The position numbers and the translations under genes are program-made. A stretch of DNA of 64,000 bases from Pseudomonadota bacterium (GTDB taxonomy: Bacteria > Pseudomonadota > Alphaproteobacteria > MPNO01 > UBA830): the NCBI GenBank assembly GCA_036136335.1, contig JAYZQT010000007.1, forward strand, positions 21,262 through 85,261, in the 5' to 3' direction. The notes under the pieces were generated by a model that had not been told where the DNA came from, searched no databases, and saw only the letters and a program-made list of their open reading frames with translations. Positions 56,262 to 64,000 of the stretch are shown piece after piece (positions within the stretch are counted from its first letter, which is position 1; every line of letters begins with the position of its first letter).

Positions 56262-57322
56262 GCCACACCCCCATCGGCCCACACGTCTACCTCAATCAAG
56301 TCCAGTGACGGTATGGGAGATGCCTTTGAAACCTCGGTGGCCTCATTTACCAAAGCCAGTATCTCGGCATCAATACCATCAATGACCTCCGTTTTTATAC
56401 CGAACTCGGAGAGCCGCTTGCGATAGCGCGGCACCGGGTCTTTTTTCAGCCAAGCTTCCAGCTCGCCTTCAGGCCGGTAATCTCCAGGGTCAGCCCGGCT
56501 GTGACCAGAATGACGATAGGTAAGACATTCGATTAACGACGGGCCGCCCCCCGCGCGCGCTTTTTTATATGCAGCCTGCGCCGTCCGATAGACCTCATCG
56601 GCATCGTTCCCATCTATCACGACCTTAGGCAATCCATAAGCCGACGCCCGGTCTCCCGCAGGATTTTCAACAGCCGTCACGTCCTTTATCGGCGTGTATT
56701 CCATATAAAGATTATTTTCACAGACGAAAACGACGGGAAGCTTCCAGACTGCGGATAGATTGAGCGCTTCATGAAACGCGCCAATATTTGTAGTTCCATC
56801 ACCAAAGAAACAGACCGAGACCTGTCCGGTATCCTTGTACTGCGACGTCCATGCCGCCCCCATCGCAATGGGCAGATGAGCTCCAATTATCGCGTAAGAT
56901 CCCATGGCACCATGTTCCACGGAGGTCAGGTGCATCGAGCCGCCCTTACCTTGTAGGAGCCCGCATTCCCGGCCCATCAATTCACCCAAAACACCCTCCA
57001 TCGATGCCCCACGGGCGAGCGTATGGTGATGGCCACGATATGTGCAAAAGCTCCAGTCGTCATTTTCCATCGCTGTCGCAAACCCGGCAGCAACCGCCTC
57101 GTGCCCAAGTGCCAGATGAGATGTTCCCTTAATCAGGTTTTGAAGAAAGAGGTCATAGGCCCGTTGTTCTACATGCCTGATTTCAAGCAATGATCGCCAC
57201 AGTTGCAGTCGAACCTCTTCGCCAATGTCATCATTAGCGACCGTCCTGGGTTTTTTTACAGATTTTCTGGCTGCTTTTTTTTGGGGTCCCTTTCCCTTAG
57301 CCAGACTGGGCTTCTTTACCAT
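56249..57322 (-). CDS. 2-oxoacid/acetoin dehydrogenase E1 alpha subunit (TPP-dependent)
   Basis: TYRGH, GKGGSMH, GDG...ENN TPP motif, TYRHSGHS. Confidence 0.93.
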   Translation of the reverse strand: MVKKPSLAKGKGPQKKAARKSVKKPRTVANDDIGEEVRLQLWRSLLEIRHVEQRAYDLFLQNLIKGTSHLALGHEAVAAGFATAMENDDWSFCTYRGHHHTLARGASMEGVLGELMGRECGLLQGKGGSMHLTSVEHGAMGSYAIIGAHLPIAMGAAWTSQYKDTGQVSVCFFGDGTTNIGAFHEALNLSAVWKLPVVFVCENNLYMEYTPIKDVTAVENPAGDRASAYGLPKVVIDGNDADEVYRTAQAAYKKARAGGGPSLIECLTYRHSGHSRADPGDYRPEGELEAWLKKDPVPRYRKRLSEFGIKTEVIDGIDAEILALVNEATEVSKASPIPSLDLIEVDVWADGGVAWRN

Positions 57323-57417
57323 TCAAAGACCTCCCATAATTTTGCCGCTTTTCTGTAGCGTGTTAATTGCAGTCACCGAAACAGGGTCCCAACCATCTTG
57401 CTTGAAAATTTTTGTTG

Positions 57418-58716
57418 TTAGTACTTGACCGAAATAGGTAGCTCTTCTGCAGGATAAAGGCTGATTACCTGCGGTCCTTCAGGCGTTACCACCATCTCTT
57501 CCTCGATCCGTGCGGCCGAGAAACCGTCCGTTGCCGGGCAGTATGTCTCCAGCGCAAAAACCATGCCGGTTTTTATCTCCATAGGATCGTCCATCGAAGA
57601 CAGACGCGAAATTATCGGGCGTTCGTGGATCGCAACACCCAGTCCATGACCAAACTGAAGCGCGAATGCCTCCATCTCGTCCGCAAAACCGAATTCCTCA
57701 GCCTTGGGCCAGACTGCCGCTATCTCGTCGGTGGACACCCCTGGACGCACCAGATCAATCGCTGCATCCAGCCATTCGCGGCACTGTTTGTAGGCATCTT
57801 CCTGAACGTCGGTCGCCCGGCCAACATTGAATGTGCGGTAGTAGCAGGTCCGGTATCCGGAATAGGCATGTAACACGTCAAAGAAGGCCTGATCACCTGG
57901 CCGTACCATTCGGTCGGTAAAATTATGCGGATGTGGGTTGCAACGCTCCCCCGAGATGGCATTTATCGCCTCGACATCATCGGAGCCCATTTCATAAAGC
58001 ATCTCATTCGCCTTGGCGACGATGTCATTCTCGCGCACGCCGGGTTTAAGTTCTTCCCCAATCATGTGGTAAACGGCATCAACCATTCCCGCGGCCTGGT
58101 TAAGCAAAATGATTTCATCTATATTTTTTATCTCTCGCGCATTCAGCATTACCTGTTGACCATCGCGAACCTCGATACCTTCCGCCTGCAGAGCCAGCAT
58201 CATCGGTGGCTCACAGATATCAACACCCAACGGCATATCGGCAAGCCCTGCATCAGCCAGCATCTGTCTGATTTCCTTGGCCGCACGCTCCATCAATCCA
58301 GCCGCAGGAGGAACTGTGCCACGCAACCCCAACATGCCGGCATGGCAGTGATCGTCAGGCAGCCAGGGGGCGTGCAAACGGTGATGCGCCGCGGCCGAAC
58401 CAAAATCCCAAAGGTGTGGATCATCATTACCCATAAGTAGTGAATACCGGGCGACCTTATCGCGCGACCACTCACCAATCACGGTCGATGTAAGGTAACG
58501 AATATTATTATTGTCAAAGCACAAAAGTGCGCCGAGCTCAGAGCCAGAAAGTGCCTCATGCGCCCGCGCCAGTCGATATCGATGCAGCCTCGCGAAATCC
58601 ACCCGTTTCTCAAAATCGACCGCCGAGTGTCCGGGTGCGGGAATAGCCCGGTCCCAGTTGTAATTGGGATTGAGATCATCACCCGGCTTGAATGGGGCGT
58701 TTCGCGCATCGGACAT
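57418..58716 (-). CDS. M24 (Xaa-Pro peptidase / creatinase fold) metallohydrolase, non-canonical
   Basis: NIRYLT, AREIK, FFD, GHGLG..HERP, ALET, ARIEE. The second metal Asp is replaced by Cys (GYRTCYYRT). Confidence 0.85.
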   Translation of the reverse strand: MSDARNAPFKPGDDLNPNYNWDRAIPAPGHSAVDFEKRVDFARLHRYRLARAHEALSGSELGALLCFDNNNIRYLTSTVIGEWSRDKVARYSLLMGNDDPHLWDFGSAAAHHRLHAPWLPDDHCHAGMLGLRGTVPPAAGLMERAAKEIRQMLADAGLADMPLGVDICEPPMMLALQAEGIEVRDGQQVMLNAREIKNIDEIILLNQAAGMVDAVYHMIGEELKPGVRENDIVAKANEMLYEMGSDDVEAINAISGERCNPHPHNFTDRMVRPGDQAFFDVLHAYSGYRTCYYRTFNVGRATDVQEDAYKQCREWLDAAIDLVRPGVSTDEIAAVWPKAEEFGFADEMEAFALQFGHGLGVAIHERPIISRLSSMDDPMEIKTGMVFALETYCPATDGFSAARIEEEMVVTPEGPQVISLYPAEELPISVKY

Positions 58717-58770
58717 GTGCCTGGTCTCCTGTCTTCAATCTGGAGCTGAGATTCCAGAGGGACTGCTTAT

Positions 58771-58812
58771 ATTATATAGATGAAACTGCGTTACCCCAAT
58801 AAACTGTATACA
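58771..58812 (-). promoter_or_regulatory. Candidate sigma70 promoter (TTGGGG-N17-TATAAT) with upstream palindrome TGTATACA
   Basis: Minus strand: -35 at 58799-58794, -10 at 58776-58771; perfect palindrome at 58805-58812. Confidence 0.5.
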
Positions 58813-58838
58813 AATTCCCCGTTTCGAGACAATGGTTG

Positions 58839-60344
58839 TTACGCCAACTCGGGCACGCGCCGATGTCCGGTTGCCCGCTCGTAAGAGTGTGCCATGCTTA
58901 ACATTTCGCTATCGGAGTACGGTCGACCAAGAAAGGTGATGCCAGCGGAGTGTCCACCCCGTGTATAGCCAGACGGGACTACCACGGAGGGCACAAAAAT
59001 AAGAAATGTATTCAGGTGCGGTGCGCCCTTCTGATCAGTCCAGGGAGGGGCAATTCCGTCCTTTATAAGCGTTGGGCTGTGCTCTACGGCTTTATGCACC
59101 ACGACATCAAGGTCGTGCTCGGCCATAACCGCGAGAAAACGGGTCATCAATTCCTCTCGGGCACAAAGATAGGCGTTGAATTTGTCTGGACTTTTTTCCG
59201 CTGCCCAGCGCGTTGTGACACCATGGCTGACGCTTGCGTATAGCGGCGATCTCCGGGCCTCGTCCATGGTGTTAAAAGGTGGGGCAGCACTCCCCGACAT
59301 GTAAGCGCGAAAGGATTCTTCTTCTGCCGGACCATCTGCCGCTCGCATGGACAACAGGTCTAACAATCCGGGAATTTCAATATCATCAATGATTTCTGCA
59401 CCGATATTTCTCAGATCATTTACCGCGACTTCGAACAGGGCGGAAATATCTTTAAAATCTGCCGATTCCGGTTCACTGGCATAACCCATTACAGTGTGCA
59501 AAACACCAACGCGTTTACCCACGAATGCCCCTTCAGAAAGCATATCCGAATAGCTTTTGGGGGCCTTGCCTACGCCGCGCCCGGTAATAGGATCTTTTGG
59601 ATCAAACCCGACCATAACTTCGAGAAGCCTGGCGGCATCTCCAACCGTGCGTGTCATCGGGCCAAGAGACCCATTGGTAGATGGCCAACCTGCAAATACG
59701 CCACCCCTGCTGACCAGACCAGCCGTCGGACGCATGCCGACGACCCCATTCCAGGTCGCCGGTCGACGTATAGATGCAAACCCCTCCTGCCCGATCGCAA
59801 CGGCACACAGGTTGGCAGACACCGCTGCCCCGGAACCACCAGACGAACCACCGGCAGTGCGCTCCAGGTCATAGACGTTGCGCGTCGATCCGAACAGCGA
59901 GCCATGCGTATCGCCGGCACCCATCTCCCCGAGTGTCGTCTTGGCGACGAAGAGCGCACCGGCTTCGCGGAGTTTCGCGGCGACAAAGCTATCTCGATCT
60001 GGCCGGTGTCCCGCAAACAGAACTGAACCCATGGTAGTCGGCATCTCCATAACGTCCATCTGGTCTTTCATGCCAATGGGTATGCCGTGCAATGGTCCGA
60101 CCGGTCCCGCGGTTGTGTATGCTTCATCAAGCGCTTGGGCTTGGTCGAGAACTTTTTCATTTACGGAAATGATTGAGTTGATCGTGGGGCCGGATCGGTC
60201 AATTTTTTCGATACGCTCCAGATACATCTCAACAAGTCGACGACACGTTAACGTCCGAGCGGCATATGCGCCGTGAATATCGGAGATAGTGGCTTCAACC
60301 ACTGTAAATTCAGAAGGTCGATCAACGCTATCAGACGAGGTCAT
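58839..60344 (-). CDS. Amidase signature family enzyme
   Basis: GPLHGIPIGMKD, GGSSGGS, variant nucleophile motif GQEGFASIRRPA; AGGAG RBS before the ATG at 60344. Confidence 0.88.
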   Translation of the reverse strand: MTSSDSVDRPSEFTVVEATISDIHGAYAARTLTCRRLVEMYLERIEKIDRSGPTINSIISVNEKVLDQAQALDEAYTTAGPVGPLHGIPIGMKDQMDVMEMPTTMGSVLFAGHRPDRDSFVAAKLREAGALFVAKTTLGEMGAGDTHGSLFGSTRNVYDLERTAGGSSGGSGAAVSANLCAVAIGQEGFASIRRPATWNGVVGMRPTAGLVSRGGVFAGWPSTNGSLGPMTRTVGDAARLLEVMVGFDPKDPITGRGVGKAPKSYSDMLSEGAFVGKRVGVLHTVMGYASEPESADFKDISALFEVAVNDLRNIGAEIIDDIEIPGLLDLLSMRAADGPAEEESFRAYMSGSAAPPFNTMDEARRSPLYASVSHGVTTRWAAEKSPDKFNAYLCAREELMTRFLAVMAEHDLDVVVHKAVEHSPTLIKDGIAPPWTDQKGAPHLNTFLIFVPSVVVPSGYTRGGHSAGITFLGRPYSDSEMLSMAHSYERATGHRRVPELA

Positions 60345-60455
60345 GGCATTTCTCCTTGGCGCTGCGGCTATTCTGGCAAACAATTAAATGTTGGGAATGA
60401 GATGTGAATCACAGCATAACCGGGATACATAATATAGCTTGAACACACCAGAAGT

Positions 60456-61355
60456 TCATGAGCCAGGGACAGTGCCGGCAGGAAGGCCGCTGGCGTGTTC
60501 AAATATGTCCCTGGGACGGCAATACCAGATTTTATCTGCCTCATCGTGATTGGTAATATGAGTCAGTATATCCCGCAAACCCGCCAGTCGATATGGCTGG
60601 CCAACTACGAATGTATGCATTGCAAGGCTGAATATCAGTGGTTGCTTGGCGCATTGACGTACCTGCTCATCAAAATGGGAGGTCACCATCTCCGTAAAAT
60701 CCTGGGCTGTATGCCGACGGCTTAGCTGAGCGGGAGAATCGTTTATTTCGATATGATAGGGGATCGACATGATCGGCCCCGCCCGTGTTTTCAACCAGAA
60801 TGGTTGATCGTCTGCCGACCAGTCCATGATGTAACGATAGCCGTTTTCGCTCAACAGATCAGGCGTGCGCTGGCTTTCAGAAATCCACGGACCCATCCAG
60901 CCACCCGGGGTCTCTCCCTCATTGACCCTGAACCTCCCCGTAGCTTCCGCGATAAGGGCTTTTTCTTCCGTTTCTGAATAACCACCCTGTTCTTCCGAAT
61001 TTGTTCTCCCATGACCCACGAGTTCGTCTCCACGTTCGCGGATTTTTTCTGGGATTTGAGGTGCATGGTCATATATTGATGTGTTCATCAGATGGCACAT
61101 CGGCAGGTTGAACTGTTCAAACAGGTCAAATATCCGCCATATTCCGACACGAAGCCCGTAATCACGCCAGGCATAATTCCGTACGTCCGGCTGGGTGCCT
61201 GGATTTGTAGGTGTATGCCCAAGCCCTTCCCCGAAGCTGAAATGCTCAATATTCAGCGCGAAATAGACCGCGAGTCTCTTGCCACCTGGCCAGTCGTAAT
61301 CAGGGCGATCAATGATCGGGGAATATTCGTATCGGTTGTGTTTCTTGAGTTCCAC
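60456..61355 (-). CDS. Polysaccharide deacetylase (CE4) family hydrolase, PuuE-like
   Basis: WPGGKRLAVY..LNIE, YAWRDYGLRVGIWR, GHG, GWMGPW, DDQP, HTFVVGQPYR. Confidence 0.87.
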   Translation of the reverse strand: MELKKHNRYEYSPIIDRPDYDWPGGKRLAVYFALNIEHFSFGEGLGHTPTNPGTQPDVRNYAWRDYGLRVGIWRIFDLFEQFNLPMCHLMNTSIYDHAPQIPEKIRERGDELVGHGRTNSEEQGGYSETEEKALIAEATGRFRVNEGETPGGWMGPWISESQRTPDLLSENGYRYIMDWSADDQPFWLKTRAGPIMSIPYHIEINDSPAQLSRRHTAQDFTEMVTSHFDEQVRQCAKQPLIFSLAMHTFVVGQPYRLAGLRDILTHITNHDEADKIWYCRPRDIFEHASGLPAGTVPGS

Positions 61356-61515
61356 CCACCTGTTTCCTCGATAGTTCTTCTAAGAAGGATTGTCGCGACT
61401 TCGGAGATGAAATCAAGGGCGTCACCAAAATGTTATCACCCCTTGAACTTCGCAGTCCGAGGTGGGACATTTGTGCAGATTTCGGAATTGAACAACAGAA
61501 CAACCGGGAGGGGCT

Positions 61516-62388
61516 GTGAAGGCGCCAAAATTTTCCTATATTCGAGCGGAAAGTGTGGATCACGCTTTAGAACTGCTCGACAAACATGGTGACGACGCCC
61601 GTATCCTCGCCGGCGGACAAAGCCTGATGCCGACGCTCAACATGCGTTTGTCTCAGCCTGAAATTCTTATCGACATTAACCGACTGGACGAGCTAAAGGG
61701 AATTTCGTTAAACGGATCATCAGTCCACATTGGCGCACTCACTCGCCATGTGGAGGTTCTGAATTCCGATATTGTCGATCAACATCTTCCGTTAGTTGCC
61801 GAGGCTATGCCCCATGTCGCACATGTCGCAGTCCGCAATCGTGGTACCTTCGGCGGAAGCGTAGCGCTCGCGGATCCGGCCGCGGAAATGCCAGCCTGTA
61901 TTTTGGCGCTCGGAGCTACACTCGTCGTGCAGAGCTCGTCGGGAAAGCGCGAAATACCAGTGGAAGAATTCTTTCACGGCCTTTATGAAACGGCCAGAAC
62001 CGACAACGAACTTCTGATTGAAATTCGGATTCCATCGCAAAAACAGGAAAACGTTTCGGTCTTTCTCGAACTCGCCCGCCGGCACGGTGATTTTGCCATT
62101 GCGGGGGTTGCTGCATACGGAAAAGTTGTGGGCCAAAAAATCGAAAACATGCGCCTTGTCTATTTCGCCAGCGAAGACAAACCGACAATTGGCACCAAGG
62201 CGATTGCCGCCATTAACGGTAAAACCTGGTCCAAGGAAACCAAAGAGGCCGTTACCGGAGCTCTCGAAGACGATCTCGATCCAATGTCCAATCTGCATGG
62301 GAGCGCTGCGATGAAAATGCACCTGCAGAAAGTACTCACCGGCCGCGCCATGGACGCCGCTGTCGCCCGAGCGGGAGGCAGCACGTGA
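61516..62388 (+). CDS. CoxM/CutM-like FAD-binding subunit of a Mo-hydroxylase
   Basis: MKAPKFSY, LAGGQSL, AVRNRGTFGGS..ADPAAE, RRHGDFA. Confidence 0.92.
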   Translation: MKAPKFSYIRAESVDHALELLDKHGDDARILAGGQSLMPTLNMRLSQPEILIDINRLDELKGISLNGSSVHIGALTRHVEVLNSDIVDQHLPLVAEAMPHVAHVAVRNRGTFGGSVALADPAAEMPACILALGATLVVQSSSGKREIPVEEFFHGLYETARTDNELLIEIRIPSQKQENVSVFLELARRHGDFAIAGVAAYGKVVGQKIENMRLVYFASEDKPTIGTKAIAAINGKTWSKETKEAVTGALEDDLDPMSNLHGSAAMKMHLQKVLTGRAMDAAVARAGGST

Positions 62389-62867
62389 CTGAGGAGATGA
62401 TCACCATCAGCATGACGGTCAACAGCGAAAAGGTAGTAAAAACAATTCCGGTGCGCACCCATCTGGTGGATTTTATCCGGACAGAACTTGGTTTCACAGG
62501 CTCCCACCTTGGATGCGAACACGGAATATGTGGCGCGTGTTCGGTCCGGGTCGACGGAGATGTCGTGCGTGGCTGCCTGATGCTGGCAGCACAGGCGGAT
62601 GGATGCGAGGTGCTGACCATTGAGGGCATTACCGATACGGGGGAAATTAGAGATCTCCAGGATACTTTTGTCGAACGGAATGCACTCCAGTGCGGGTTCT
62701 GCACACCAGGAATGCTTATGACAGCAGCAGAATTGCTTACACAGAATAAGCCGCAGAGCCGTGAAGAGATTCGCGAGTTCATATCGGGAAACTACTGCCG
62801 TTGTACTGGATATCACGCAATCATCGATGCAATTGAAACCGTCAACAATGCCCGCCTGAAGAGATAA
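62385..62867 (+). CDS. CoxS/CutS-like [2Fe-2S] subunit
   Basis: GCEHGICGAC, QCGFCTPG, NYCRCTGY. Confidence 0.94.
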   Translation: MTEEMITISMTVNSEKVVKTIPVRTHLVDFIRTELGFTGSHLGCEHGICGACSVRVDGDVVRGCLMLAAQADGCEVLTIEGITDTGEIRDLQDTFVERNALQCGFCTPGMLMTAAELLTQNKPQSREEIREFISGNYCRCTGYHAIIDAIETVNNARLKR

Positions 62868-62958
62868 CACGTCGGCCCGCTTCTCGACCCGCCCACGGAC
62901 TGAAAGACATCTTTATGGCGAGGTTAAAAGTCGGACCAGGACGGAGACAATACAGCCA

Positions 62959-64000
62959 ATGAACTACATTCACCCATACGAACGACCGAACTCATATATT
63001 GGACGTATCGTCCCGCGTTCCAGGGCGATGCGCGCGGTCGCGGGCCGCGGCCGTTATACCGACGATTTCAACCCGCCGCGAACCGTGCACGCGGCGTTTG
63101 TCCGCAGCCCCTATGCTCATGCAAGAATAACCAATATTTACACCGCATCGGCGATTGCTGCCCCGGGCGTCAAGCTCGTAATGACGGGCGAGGAGCTCGC
63201 AGAAATGTGCACCGGGCCCTGGGTCGGAACTCTGACAGTGTTCGAGAACATGAAAGCGCAGCCCCAATACCCGATGGCAGTGGACCGGGCGTGCTGGCAT
63301 GGAGAACCCGTCGTGATGGTCCTAGCCGAGACCCGTGCTCAGGCGGAAGATGCTAGCGAGCTGGTCAAAGTCGACTACGAAGAACTGGACGTCGTCATTG
63401 ACAAGGATACTGCGCTCGATCCGGATACCCCCATTATCCATCCGGATCTTGGTACAAACAGGGCATGGGAAAAATCAATCGACACCGGCGATGTGGACGC
63501 CGCCTTCAGAGAAGCTGATCATGTGCTGGAGGAAACATTCTATTTTGGCCGTCACACTGCCGTTAGCCTGGAGCCGCGCATAGTACTTTCAGAGTACGAT
63601 CCCGGGACAGAACGGCTCACCATTCATACATCCAGCCAGTGCCCGCACATGATTGAGACGGTATTCGCTACGACTCTGGGAATACCGGAACATAACGTAC
63701 GCATTGTCGCGCCCGATGTAGGTGGCTCGTTCGGGTTGAAGATTCATACATTTGGCGATGAGGTCGCGGCGACAGCAGCGTCGATGAAACTCGGGCGCCC
63801 GGTAAAATTTCTGGCCGATCGCCTTGAATCCTTCGTTTCCGATATTCACGCCCGTGAAAACCGGGTTCGTGCGAAAATTGGCGTGATGAACGACGGCACA
63901 TTGACCGGCGTCGAGATTGATGACCTGTCTGGTGTTGGTGCATACTCACAATACCCACGGACCTCGGTTTTTGAGGCCAACCAGATTCTCAATATAACCT
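62959..64000 (+). CDS. CoxL/CutL-like Mo-binding large subunit (partial, runs off the window)
   Basis: Reads MNYIHPYERPNSYIGR...GRGRYTDD...RSPYAHA...LEPR...SQCPH...DVGGSFGLK and is open to the window end; absent from the ORF track because no stop is in the window. Confidence 0.92.
   Translation, partial: MNYIHPYERPNSYIGRIVPRSRAMRAVAGRGRYTDDFNPPRTVHAAFVRSPYAHARITNIYTASAIAAPGVKLVMTGEELAEMCTGPWVGTLTVFENMKAQPQYPMAVDRACWHGEPVVMVLAETRAQAEDASELVKVDYEELDVVIDKDTALDPDTPIIHPDLGTNRAWEKSIDTGDVDAAFREADHVLEETFYFGRHTAVSLEPRIVLSEYDPGTERLTIHTSSQCPHMIETVFATTLGIPEHNVRIVAPDVGGSFGLKIHTFGDEVAATAASMKLGRPVKFLADRLESFVSDIHARENRVRAKIGVMNDGTLTGVEIDDLSGVGAYSQYPRTSVFEANQILNIT

Noticed and set aside
54044-57322. Housekeeping pyruvate dehydrogenase (pdhABC)
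   Set aside because: E1 beta lacks the N-terminal lipoyl domain usual in alphaproteobacterial PdhB, there is no lpd or lipA nearby, and the context is accessory.
57418-58716. DMSP lyase DddP or ectoine hydrolase DoeA
   Set aside because: Same fold, but the Cys-for-Asp ligand change and the gene context do not match; it cannot be assigned without a search.
103-63958. Numerous short overlapping ORFs (60-240 aa) in the six-frame track
   Set aside because: They lie antisense to or out of frame within well-supported genes and show no motifs.
61516-64000. Calling coxMSL a true aerobic CO dehydrogenase
   Set aside because: The active-site loop lies beyond the window end and no cox accessory genes are visible; the other large subunits lack AYRCSFR.
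1-64000. tRNA, rRNA, known riboswitch, prophage, integrase or defence genes
   Set aside because: None recognised by eye; intergenic gaps are short and no such ORFs are present. A covariance-model scan was not possible.

Overview
This is a gene-dense 64-kb bacterial window of roughly 50% G+C (estimated by eye). The gene content suggests an alphaproteobacterium, probably marine and Rhodospirillales-like (inference). It holds about 57 CDS, nearly all for solute uptake and catabolism. Transport: two DctPQM TRAP systems, one TAXI-TRAP and one Liv-type ABC transporter. Enzymes: four xanthine-oxidase-family molybdenum hydroxylase large subunits (two cut by the window ends), IorAB, hydantoinase A/B, two PuuE-like CE4 hydrolases, two amidohydrolases with a dinuclear-oxygenase-type ligand set, two isochorismatases, an amidase, two decarboxylase-like proteins, a cupin, a TauD enzyme and CoA-ester enzymes. 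The only clear housekeeping gene is cysS. I found no rRNA, tRNA, CRISPR array, transposase, integrase or transcription-factor gene. The best candidate for an undescribed system is a coupled operon at 50637-58716: non-canonical M24 hydrolase, 2-oxoacid dehydrogenase E1a/E1b/E2, atypical beta-hydroxyacid dehydrogenase, two TauE exporters and an orphan hpnC. Next are a putative hydroxypyridine-(di)carboxylate decarboxylation/ring-cleavage module (38749-43860), the amidohydrolase-related oxygenase candidates next to a GC-rich segment bracketed by two 18-bp tandem duplications (10851-15117), and an Arg-less TRAP system linked to a Mo-hydroxylase (19236-26036). All functional calls come from reading motifs by eye; no database search was run.
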